Origin: an uncultured beta proteobacterium
GTDB lineage: Bacteria; Pseudomonadota; Gammaproteobacteria; Burkholderiales; Burkholderiaceae_F
NCBI GenBank assembly: GCA_963746085.1
Contig: CAVVAI010000008.1
Span: forward strand, 291,777 to 355,776
Direction: 5' to 3'
Length of the DNA stretch: 64,000 nucleotides
Shown: positions 44,122-52,795 of the stretch, one piece after another
How the letters are laid out: every line of letters begins with the position of its first letter
Position numbering within the stretch: the first letter of the stretch is position 1
Notes under the pieces: generated by a model
What the model was told of the DNA's origin: nothing
The model's input: only the letters and a program-made list of their open reading frames with translations
Databases searched by the model: none
Program-made: the position numbers and the translations under genes

Positions 44122-45243
44122 ATGGCTATTGAATGCAGTGCCGAAAAATTCTCAGTGGCGGCACCCGATGATATGTCGGGCTTGGAGGCGGCCTTTCACG
44201 AAGGAAGAGTGCTTGCCGAAGACGTCGTCGGAATCATTGCTAAGACCGAGGGAAATGGAAAGGTCAACGACTTTTCGCGTCCTTTCGCACATCGCTGCTT
44301 TACCGAGTTGCTCGCCCACTGGACGAAGCGCCCTGCCTCGGAAGTTGACGAACGGGTTGCGTTCGTCATGTCGGGAGGATGTGAGGGCGTCATTTCACCC
44401 CATGCGACAGTGTTTTCACGGAAGATCACCAGCGCCACGCCCGTTGCGGGGCAGAAGCGTCTTTCAGTATCCATTGCGAACACACGGGAGCTAGCGCCGG
44501 AGGAAGTCGGCGCGCTGGCGCATGTCGAGCTCGTTGCGGCGGCGGTCCGCGATGCGCTCGCGGCAGCCGACCTCGCTTCGCTTGACGACGTTCACTATGT
44601 GCAGGTCAAGTGTCCTCTACTCACTTCCGAAAGAATCAACGACGCAAAGGCACGGGGGAAATCGGTGGTCACCGAAGACACGGCCCGCTCGATGGGATTC
44701 GCAAACGGTGCCTCTGCGCTGGGCATTGCACTCGGTCTTGGCGAGATCAACGGTCCGCTGGCTGCGCGCGACATTGGTCATAACCACGACCTCTACACAC
44801 TGCGCGGTGCTGCGTCTTCGGGCATCGAGATGCTTCGCTGTCAGGTCTTGCTGCTCGGCAATTCTGCGAATGCCGTCGGAGACTACGTATGCAGCCACGC
44901 AATGATGGAAGATCTCATCGACGCCGAAGGAGTGCGCAAGGCCTTGCGAGGGGCGGGTATTCCTGTTCAAGTGTCGGTAGAAGACGTTGATCGCGAGCGC
45001 ATTGTCAACGTCTTCGCCAAAGGACAAATTCCGGTGCATGGACGCATCCGCGGTCGCCGCACTACTCTCCTGACCGATACAGATCTCAATACACGTCCCT
45101 CACGCGCCGTACTCGGCGCCGTCGTCGCGTCGGTCGTCGGTGATCCCGCGATCTACGCCTCTGCAGGAATGAGCTATCACCAGGGGCCGGTCGGGGCTGG
45201 CGTGGCTGCCGTCGTGGCGCGTGTCGGCAGGCAGAGCCAATGA
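44122..45243 (+). CDS. ring-opening amidohydrolase (cyanuric acid amidohydrolase AtzD/TrzD / barbiturase family)
   Basis: ATG at 44122. 'IIAKTEGNGKVNDFSR', 'ERVAFVMSGGCEGVISPHATVF', 'VQVKCPLLT', 'HQGPVGAGVAAVVARV' match my memory of AtzD ('MGKTEGNGCVNDYTR', 'RVAFVMSGGTEGVLSPH'). 373 aa. Confidence 0.85.
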   Translation: MAIECSAEKFSVAAPDDMSGLEAAFHEGRVLAEDVVGIIAKTEGNGKVNDFSRPFAHRCFTELLAHWTKRPASEVDERVAFVMSGGCEGVISPHATVFSRKITSATPVAGQKRLSVSIANTRELAPEEVGALAHVELVAAAVRDALAAADLASLDDVHYVQVKCPLLTSERINDAKARGKSVVTEDTARSMGFANGASALGIALGLGEINGPLAARDIGHNHDLYTLRGAASSGIEMLRCQVLLLGNSANAVGDYVCSHAMMEDLIDAEGVRKALRGAGIPVQVSVEDVDRERIVNVFAKGQIPVHGRIRGRRTTLLTDTDLNTRPSRAVLGAVVASVVGDPAIYASAGMSYHQGPVGAGVAAVVARVGRQSQ

Positions 45244-45413
45244 CCTATGACATTTTTGTGCGCGAGGCAGCGCAGCTCGCAGGATTCGCGCTCGACGAAG
45301 CGGCACTTGCGGAGGTCACGTTGAGCCTTGAGCGGATCGCAGGGTTCGCGCAACTCTTGGAGGATATTCCACTCGCCTTGGAAGATGAGGCAGCGCCGAT
45401 ATGGCGTCCATAG
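45240..45413 (+). CDS. AtzG-like small protein (DUF4089; GatC-like partner of AtzE), 57 aa
   Basis: Not in the ORF track (under 60 aa). ATG at 45240 overlaps the upstream stop (ATGA). '[57 protein letters not shown]'. Its end overlaps the amidase start by 13 nt. Confidence 0.7.
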   Translation: MTYDIFVREAAQLAGFALDEAALAEVTLSLERIAGFAQLLEDIPLALEDEAAPIWRP

Positions 45414-46705
45414 TGGACAGCATCGCCAAAACCCTTGAGGTGATCGGAAAGCGCGACGCAGCCATCAATGCCTTCACCGCAATTACTCGAAACCGAGCGC
45501 TGAAGCAGGCTGCGGACGTAGCGGGCCGCAGAAAAAGGGGACCCCTCACAGGTGTGCCCTTTGCGGTGAAGAACCTTTTTGACGTCGAAGACATCGCGAC
45601 ACTCGCGGGCTCTAAGATCAATCGCGAGCATTCGCCTGCTGCAAGGGACGCCACGCTCATTACTCGTCTAGAGGCGGCCGGAGCCGTTCTCGTCGGAACG
45701 CTCAACATGGACGAATACGCGTTCGGCTTCACTACGGAGAACTCTCACTATGGGGCGACCCGGAACCCGCACGACCCAGACCGCGTCGCGGGCGGGTCTT
45801 CGGGTGGGTCCGCAGCGGCGGTCGCGGCCGGAATGGTGCCCCTCACACTGGGGTCCGATACGAATGGATCAATCCGCGTTCCGGCCGCCTACTGCGGCGT
45901 GTGGGGTCTAAAGCCAACTTACGGCAGGTTGTCGCGCGCCGGAACTTATCCGTTCGTTGCTTCCCTAGACCATGTAGGCCCGATCGCGCGAGATCTCGAT
46001 TTGCTCGCCGCGGCCTACGATGCGATGCAAGGGTACGACACCGCCGACCCCGTGTGCACCGATCGGATACCCGAACCGGTCACCGGCATGTCTGGAATCG
46101 GCAGCTTGCGAATTGCCAGCGCCAATGAATTCTTCGAGAGCAACTGCGAACCAGACATCTACGCTAAGGTTGTTGCCATCGGCGCGACGCTGGGCGTCAA
46201 GCAGTCGATAAAGCTTCCGCTAGCCGCCGCGGCGCGCGCTGCATCGATCGTGATCACAGCAGCGGAAGGCGCACAGCAACACCTTTCTAATCTGCGCCTG
46301 CGGCCGCGGGACTTCGATCCGTTAATCGTCAACCGTCTGCGGGCGGGCGCCCTCATACCCGCACATTGGCTCATACATGCTCAGCGCATCAGACGACGCG
46401 CGTGGCACGAAACAACGCGACTCTTTGAATCCGTGGATGCGATCCTTGCGCCGGCGACGCCGGTTACCGCGCAGCGCATCGGCGCAGAAACCTTCAACGT
46501 GCGCGGCATCGAAATGCTGGCCCGACCTAACACTGGGATGTTGACCCAGCCTGTCTCGTGTCTCGGCCTGCCTGTCATTTGTGCACCCATCGGAAAACTT
46601 AACGGCATGCCGGTCGGAATGCAGATCATTGCTGCACCGTGGCGCGAGGATGTCTGCTTTCGAGTGGCGCGCGCGATTGAGGCGCAGTGCTTGTCGGAAG
46701 CCTAG
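45401..46705 (+). CDS. AtzE-family amidase (amidase-signature enzyme; 1-carboxybiuret hydrolase-like)
   Basis: 434 aa. Amidase signature '[48 protein letters not shown]'. Immediately follows the AtzD-like and AtzG-like genes. Confidence 0.82.
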   Translation: MASIVDSIAKTLEVIGKRDAAINAFTAITRNRALKQAADVAGRRKRGPLTGVPFAVKNLFDVEDIATLAGSKINREHSPAARDATLITRLEAAGAVLVGTLNMDEYAFGFTTENSHYGATRNPHDPDRVAGGSSGGSAAAVAAGMVPLTLGSDTNGSIRVPAAYCGVWGLKPTYGRLSRAGTYPFVASLDHVGPIARDLDLLAAAYDAMQGYDTADPVCTDRIPEPVTGMSGIGSLRIASANEFFESNCEPDIYAKVVAIGATLGVKQSIKLPLAAAARAASIVITAAEGAQQHLSNLRLRPRDFDPLIVNRLRAGALIPAHWLIHAQRIRRRAWHETTRLFESVDAILAPATPVTAQRIGAETFNVRGIEMLARPNTGMLTQPVSCLGLPVICAPIGKLNGMPVGMQIIAAPWREDVCFRVARAIEAQCLSEA

Positions 46706-46723
46706 TTGGTTAAGCGATCACAA

Positions 46724-47947
46724 TCACGCCGTTCCGGCCCGTTCGAGTACCGCTGAAGCAAGCACATTGCAGCCTGCTGCCAGATCCTCGACGCGGGCGC
46801 TTTCAGCCTCGTTGTGGCTGATGCCACCCTCACACGGAACAAACACCATTGCGGTTGGCGTGATGCGCGACATGTAGACGGCGTCGTGTGCCGCACCGCT
46901 GACAATGTCGCGGTGGGAGTACCGGTGCCCACGAGCCGCGCGGCGCACCGACTCGACCAAGCCTTGGTCAAATTCGCTTGGCGGGAAGTACACGACTTCA
47001 GTGCATTCGATGTCGACGTGGCATTCACGTTTGACCGACGCGATGGCCTCACTCAGCCTGCCGGCCATCATGCCCAGCGTAGTGTCCTTTGCGTTACGCA
47101 GATCAACGCTCATTCGAACTTCACCAGGTACGACGTTGCGAGAGTTTGGTTTCGCTTGGAGGAATCCGACCGTACCGCGAGCGTAATCGGGACTTGCAAT
47201 CGCAATTCGGTTGACCTCGAGGACGAGCCGACTCGCCGCCAGCAACGCGTCGCGACGAGTTTCCATGGGCGTCGGGCCCGCATGCGCGTCCTGCCCTGTT
47301 ATGACGATGTCGAACCAGCGCTGGCCGAGCGCGCCTTGAACGACACCAATCGTAGTGCCCGTGTCTTCGAGCACAGGGCCTTGCTCAATGTGCGCCTCGA
47401 AGTAGGCGCCAAGTGGATGCGGCGGTGAGTCGCCGGCGTAGCCTATTGCTGTCAATGCGTCCGCAACGCTGACACCGTCGGCGTCCACCTGTGCCAAGGC
47501 ATAGTCCAACTTGTACGCCCCCGCATAAACGCCGGAGCCCATCATCGTGGGGACGAAGCGCGAACCTTCCTCATTCGTCCAAGCTATTATTTCCAGAGGC
47601 GCTTTCGTGCGAATGTTGGCGTCGTTCAAGCTGCGCACGACCTCAAGGCCGGCCATCACGCCGTACGCACCATCAAATTTTCCGCCCGATGGCTGAGAAT
47701 CCAGATGACTGCCCATCGCGATAGGGGCAAGCGTGGAGTCAGCTCCCCCGCGGCGAGCGAACACGTTGCCGATCCCGTCAATTTGAATTGAAAGTCCTGC
47801 CTCGCGGCACCAGTCTGCGAAACAGTCTCTTCCTTGCCGGTCAGCTTCGGTCATCGTGATCCGCCGAACACCTCCCTTCGGCGTTGCGCCAATGCGCGCA
47901 AGCTCCATGAGTGACTGCCACAAGCGTTCGGAATCGACGGCGAGCAC
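46724..47947 (-). CDS. M20-family Zn amidohydrolase (allantoate amidohydrolase / N-carbamoyl-L-amino-acid hydrolase type)
   Basis: 'ERLWQSLMELARIGATPKGGVRRI', 'GSHLDSQPSGGKFDGAYGV', 'WTNEEGSRF', 'DAHAGPTPM', 'SGAAHDA'. GTG at 47947 is the best start; the ORF continues upstream to 48214 without homology. Confidence 0.82.
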   Translation of the reverse strand: MLAVDSERLWQSLMELARIGATPKGGVRRITMTEADRQGRDCFADWCREAGLSIQIDGIGNVFARRGGADSTLAPIAMGSHLDSQPSGGKFDGAYGVMAGLEVVRSLNDANIRTKAPLEIIAWTNEEGSRFVPTMMGSGVYAGAYKLDYALAQVDADGVSVADALTAIGYAGDSPPHPLGAYFEAHIEQGPVLEDTGTTIGVVQGALGQRWFDIVITGQDAHAGPTPMETRRDALLAASRLVLEVNRIAIASPDYARGTVGFLQAKPNSRNVVPGEVRMSVDLRNAKDTTLGMMAGRLSEAIASVKRECHVDIECTEVVYFPPSEFDQGLVESVRRAARGHRYSHRDIVSGAAHDAVYMSRITPTAMVFVPCEGGISHNEAESARVEDLAAGCNVLASAVLERAGTA

Positions 47948-48150
47948 TGTGATATCTCTATCTACAACGGACTTCCAAATACGCGACGTTGCCGATTCCG
48001 ATCGACACCCTTCGCGACTGAAGTGCTCGATCACGGACCTATCCTCTAAATACTGTTCGCTTCGCCGGCTATCGTCGCTAACTATCGTCTTTGTGTGCGG
48101 GCTCCAAAGTGCTACGCGCACCAGCACTCGCCCGTGTGAATCCAGGTTCG

Positions 48151-48566
48151 TTAGGTTGTCGTCTTCTGTCCCCCAGCTTCGTCCGTGTGCTGTGCTATGG
48201 AAACATGAGCGCAAACAACTCGCCAGCCCTCAGGAGTGCGCATCCAAGTCTGTGATTGCCGGCCTACCTTGCCGCTATCCAAGCGCTTGTACTCGATGTT
48301 GGCGTACCGAAATCATGGCCAAACGTGGTGAGTACCTTGCGCGTTATGCTGCGCTGTGGCGCACCACCCTGCCCGGCGCGACGCCGTCGGTAGGTGCAGA
48401 TCTCATTCCAGCCATACAGGTTCTCTGCGATTCCATATCTCAGCGTGTAGTCCGACTTCCAGAACAGTTCTTCAAGCGTCGCGGGGTCGTTGCTCATAAG
48501 CGCGCGCTCGTAGCGTTCGAATGCGGCGCCCAGCTCGTCGAGCGGCCCGAGCAAATTGATCTCCAT
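48151..48566 (-). pseudogene. AtzH-like (NTF2-fold, DUF3225) protein, one frameshift
   Basis: ORF 48264..48566 reads 'LDELGAAFERYERALMSNDPATLEELFW...TTFGHDFG'. The expected C-terminus '[35 protein letters not shown]' is in another frame and ends at 'taa' at 48151. 1-nt loss at about 48302-48304. Confidence 0.65.
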
Positions 48567-48584
48567 GACCTACTCGTTTTCCAA

Positions 48585-49577
48585 CTACTGGAATGTGATT
48601 CCAGTTGTCTGAATCACGGGCCGCCAACGCTCGACTTCACTCTGAATGAAGCGCTGAGTTTCCGCCGCCGACATCGGAACGGGGGCAAGTGAAAGCTCAT
48701 CGAACCGGGACTTCATCTCGGCAAGTTCCAGAACTGCATAAATCTCGCGGTTGAGTCGCTGCACGATCGAAGGTGGCGTGGCCGCTGGCACCGCGACGCC
48801 AAACCAAGACATGGCGACGAGATCCGCATGACCAGATTCGACGAGAGTCGGCACCTCGGGAAGCTGCGGCACGCGCTTCGGTCCCGAGACGGCCAGTGGC
48901 CGCACTCTGTTTGCTCGAATTTGCGCGATCAGCGCTGGCATCGTGTCAATCGTGCCGTCAATCCGGCCAGCCATGATATCGACCAGGGCCGGTGCCGAGC
49001 CCTTGTACGGCACATGCGTGATCTGCGTACCCGTCGATGCCTTGAACCGCTCGAGCATCACATGACTCGGAGTCGCTGGACCGCTGGAGCTGAAGTTCAG
49101 CTTTCCCGGGTCGGCCTTCGCCGCCGCGATGATATCTGCGACGCTCTTAGCCGGCTGTTCGTTCGATACGACAAACACGAGTGGTGTCGCCGCGACCACC
49201 GCAACGTGCGCAAGATCTTTGAGAGGATCGTACTCGAGTTTGCGCGGCGTCGAAGGCGCAAAGGCGATCGGCGCAATGCTCGTCAAGACCATGGTGTAAC
49301 CGTCGGGCGCGGCCTTCGCCGCCACATCTGTTCCAAGTATGCCGGCGACACCGGGTCGGTTGTCGACGACCACTGGTTGCCCGAGACGTGCGGCAAGTCG
49401 CTCGCCTACAAGCCGCGCGACGATATCCGAGGTACCACCTGGCGGGAAGGGAACAACAAAACGCAACGGACGCGTTGGCCATTCCTGTGCTTGTGAGAGC
49501 GATGCGAAGCCTGTGAAAACAAGGAGAAAAGCAAGCCTCTTGAGCACGATACCTCCGAAGTTCTTGATGGCGATCAT
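48585..49577 (-). CDS. tripartite tricarboxylate transporter substrate-binding protein (TctC/Bug family)
   Basis: Signal peptide, then 'WPTRPLRFVVPFPPGGTSDIVARL...VVVDNRPG' is the Bug-family N-terminus. 330 aa. Confidence 0.88.
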   Translation of the reverse strand: MIAIKNFGGIVLKRLAFLLVFTGFASLSQAQEWPTRPLRFVVPFPPGGTSDIVARLVGERLAARLGQPVVVDNRPGVAGILGTDVAAKAAPDGYTMVLTSIAPIAFAPSTPRKLEYDPLKDLAHVAVVAATPLVFVVSNEQPAKSVADIIAAAKADPGKLNFSSSGPATPSHVMLERFKASTGTQITHVPYKGSAPALVDIMAGRIDGTIDTMPALIAQIRANRVRPLAVSGPKRVPQLPEVPTLVESGHADLVAMSWFGVAVPAATPPSIVQRLNREIYAVLELAEMKSRFDELSLAPVPMSAAETQRFIQSEVERWRPVIQTTGITFQ

Positions 49578-49755
49578 AACCGCCCTTCTAGACAGTTCGC
49601 GGCCGAAAATTTACCAGCATCCAGACCTTGGCTCCTATGTCTTCCCCTTGAAGCACGTTTGCTTACGTTGGCACAACTATGGCCGCTCTAATGTCGGTTC
49701 GGCAACCGTCCGAATCGTCTGCTTCTGGCCGCTAGCTGCCTACGCGAAAAACATG

Positions 49756-49786
49756 GTGATCAAAGTTACGTAGAAACTTTGATCAC
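49756..49786. promoter_or_regulatory. near-perfect 31-bp palindrome (candidate operator) in the divergent tctC-tctC intergenic region
   Basis: 'gtgatcaaagtt-acgtaga-aactttgatcac' has 12-bp perfect arms. It lies in an AT-richer spacer about 100 nt upstream of the 49888 gene. Confidence 0.4.
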
Positions 49787-49887
49787 AAGCTTCCCCAACT
49801 GTGACGACGTTCAATGTCGCGCCACGCGTCGTCGACAACATCGCGATGAGCGATACTAACGATGACCTCATTTGAGCGGCGGGCAAC

Positions 49888-50892
49888 GTGAATCGACGAC
49901 ATGCAATAGGTGTACTCGCGGCGGCGGGATTTGCTGCAAGCTGGACGGAACGGGTTGCAGCGCAATCGGCTAGTGCACAGTCCGGGTATCCGAACAGGCC
50001 GATTCGCCTGGTGGTGCCCTACCCCCCCGGCGGCCCGCTCGATACCGCAGCGCGTGCATTAGCGGAACGGGTCAAGGAAGCACTGGGCGTCATCGTCGTC
50101 GAGAACCGTCCCGGCGCGGGCGGCAATCTCGGTGTCGATCACGTCGCAAAGTCGCCACCCGACGGCTATTCGCTCGTCATCGGCGCGGTCGCAACGCACG
50201 CGGTCAATCCGTGGCTGTTCTCCAAGCTGCCCTATGACCCGGTCAGGGACTTCGCTCCGATCACGCTGATCGCGCACGTGCCGAACGTGCTGGTGATGAC
50301 ACCCGATCGCGCCGGCCAGCTCGGCGTTCGATCGGCACGAGAGTTGATCGATTACGCGCGCAAGAATCCGGCACGGCTTAACTACGCGTCGGGCGGCAAC
50401 GGCAGCGCCGGACACATGGCCGGCGAGCTGATGAAGTCGCAAGCGAAAATTTCGGCGGTTCACATTCCTTATGCAGGCGCAGCGCCGGCGCAACTCGGGT
50501 TGCTGGCGGGCCAGACCGATTTCATGTTCGACAACCTGGCGTCTGCCACCGCTCAGATCAAAGCCGGAAAGCTGCGCGCACTGGCAGCCACAACCGCTCA
50601 GCGCGCGAACGCAATGCCGGACGTGCCGACGATGGCAGAAGCTGGACTGCCCGGCTTCGATGTATCGACCTGGTTCGGCGTATTCGCACCCGCCGGTACT
50701 CCGAGAGAAATCGTCGCGCGGCTGAATGCGGCGTTCACCACCGCGCTGCGTTCACCCGAGATACGCGAACGTCTGGCACGCATGGGCGCCGAACCCGCGC
50801 CCGGCACACCCGATCAGTTTTCAGAGTTCGTGCGCAGCGAGCTGTCAAAGTATCAAAACGTGGTGAAGTTTTCCGGCGCGCGCGTCGACTGA
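49888..50892 (+). CDS. tripartite tricarboxylate transporter substrate-binding protein (TctC/Bug family)
   Basis: GTG start and signal peptide. 'YPNRPIRLVVPYPPGGPLDTAARALA...VVENRPGAGG'. 334 aa. Confidence 0.88.
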   Translation: MNRRHAIGVLAAAGFAASWTERVAAQSASAQSGYPNRPIRLVVPYPPGGPLDTAARALAERVKEALGVIVVENRPGAGGNLGVDHVAKSPPDGYSLVIGAVATHAVNPWLFSKLPYDPVRDFAPITLIAHVPNVLVMTPDRAGQLGVRSARELIDYARKNPARLNYASGGNGSAGHMAGELMKSQAKISAVHIPYAGAAPAQLGLLAGQTDFMFDNLASATAQIKAGKLRALAATTAQRANAMPDVPTMAEAGLPGFDVSTWFGVFAPAGTPREIVARLNAAFTTALRSPEIRERLARMGAEPAPGTPDQFSEFVRSELSKYQNVVKFSGARVD

Positions 50893-50902
50893 TTCGGCAT
50901 TT

Positions 50903-52189
50903 TCATTTCATCAGCCCAGGCAGCCACAGCGAAATCGCCGGAATGTAGGTGACGAGCAGCAGCGCGAGCGCACATCGCGCCATAGAACGGCCATAGCTCC
51001 TTCGACACCTGCTCCATCGTGACCTTGCCGATGGCGCAGCCGACGAACAGCGTCGGCCCCACCGGCGGCGTGATGAGTCCGATGCCCAGGTTCAGGATCA
51101 TGATCATGCCGAAGTGCACCGGATCGATCCCGAGCTTGAGCGATCACCGGCATGAAGATCGGCGTGCAGATCAGCAGCATCGGCGCCAGGTCCATGAACG
51201 TACCGAGCAGCAGCAGAAGAATGTTCACGAGCAGCAGGAACACGTACTTGTTGTCCGAGATCGTCAGGAAGAACAGCGGTCACCTTGGCCGGGATCTGCA
51301 TGATCGCCATCATGTAGCCGAAGGCCACCGAAAACCCGATCAGCATCATCACCATCGCTACGGTCTTGACCACGCGGTGGACCAGGTGCGGCAGGTCGCG
51401 CCACTTGTAGTCGCGGTAGACGAAAAAGGTGACGAGAAACGCGTAGACGCAGGCGACCGCGGCCGACTCGGTGGGCGTGAATACGCCGGACAGGATGCCG
51501 CCCATGATGATGACGACAGTGCCCAGGCCCCACAGCGCGTCGATGACGATCTTCGGGATCGTCGCTCAGCGGAATCGGCTCGCCCTTCGGGAAGTCGCGC
51601 TTTGTGGGCCGTCCACAGGACGAGTCCGATCAGGCACAGTCCGAACAGCAGCCCGGGAAATATGCCGGCGAGGAACAGATGCGCGACCGAAATCGTGCCG
51701 CCCGCGGCCAGCGAGTAGATGACCGCGTTGTGCGACGGCGGAATCATCAGCGCCTGCACCGACCCGCAGATCGTTACGTTGGTGGCGAAGACGCGCGGGT
51801 AGCCGGCCTTGACCATCTGCGGGATCATCACCGAGCCGATCGACGCGGTGTCGGCCACCGACGATCCCGAGATGCAGCCGAACAGCGAGCTGGCAAGGAT
51901 GTTCACCAGCGCCAGTCCGCCGCGGATGAAGCCGACGAAGACCCTGGCGAGGTTGATCAGGCGCGCCGCCATGCCGCCCTCGGCCATGATGCCGCCGGCC
52001 AGCACGAAGAACGGAATCGCCAGCAGCGCGAAGTCGTCGGTGCCGTCGGAGATCTTCAGCATCACCGCTTCGAGCGGGATGTCGACCCAGAACGCGGCGA
52101 TGATCGCCGCCAGGCCGAGCGCGTAGGCGACCGGCACGCCGAAGCGCGCACAGGACGGCGAACGAACCCAGCAGTACGAGAATGTCCAT
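50903..52189 (-). pseudogene. dctM: TRAP transporter large permease (DctM), about 6 frameshifts
   Basis: DctM sequence is split over ORFs 51566..52348 ('MDILVLLGSFAVLCAL'), 51358..52137, 51104..51505 ('MGGILSGVFTPTESAAV'), 50911..51243 and 50853..51119. The real tail 'LALLLVTYIPAISLWLPGLMK*' is in a further frame. Junctions at about 52141, 51578, 51553, 51283, 51140 and 50968. Confidence 0.85.
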
Positions 52190-52191
52190 TA

Positions 52192-52721
52192 CTACTCGAG
52201 CTCGGTCGCCTGGTCGCTGTACATGATCGACGTCGCCGGCGGGCTCACCGACCCAAACGCGCTCGATCAGGAACAGCAGCGTCAGCAACCCGCCGATGGG
52301 GATCGGCAGGTAGACGAATGCCGCCGAAAGCCAAGGGAACTCGGCCATCGTCTGGAACCGGGTGATGACGGCACAGATGGACGCCGTAGCCGAGCATGAA
52401 CAGCGCGATCGGCCCCATGCAGGCGTCGACGCCCCACAGCATCGCGCGCCGGATGTCCGGGCTCACGGCGTTGAGCAGCGCTTCGACCGCGACGTGCACG
52501 TTGGCGCGGTACACCGCAGCGCCGCCGATGAACGAAAACATCACCATCAGCGACACCGGCCGCCGGCTCCGGCCACGACAGCGGACTGTTCATCACGTAG
52601 CGCATGAACACGCCGAGCCGGGATGATCAGCGTGATCGACGACCAGTGCCGCGCCCGAAAGCACGACGCACACGAAGTAGATCCGCTCCATCGCCTGCGC
52701 GTAGCGTTGCCTTGCGTTCAT
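52192..52721 (-). pseudogene. dctQ: TRAP transporter small permease (DctQ), about 5 frameshifts
   Basis: 'MNARQRYAQAMERIYFVCVVLSGAALVV', 'GVFMRYVMNSPLSW', 'SLMVMFSFIGGAAVYRANVHVAVEAL' and 'MAEFPWLSAAFVYLPIPIGGLLTLLFLIERVW' lie in different frames. The count of switches is approximate. Confidence 0.75.
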
Positions 52722-52795
52722 GCGCGCGATCACCGGAAACTGAAACGCGCAAAGAGACACGCGGAGCAAGACGCCCGCGTGTCATCGGCGGCCGC

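Noticed and set aside
43422-50892. Looked for integrase, transposase, IS ends, a tRNA target or direct repeats bounding the lower-GC island.
   Set aside because: None is recognisable by eye. The two tRNAs in the window (9716-9791, 29045-29131) are far from the island. The mobility mechanism is therefore left open rather than called a genomic island with defined ends.
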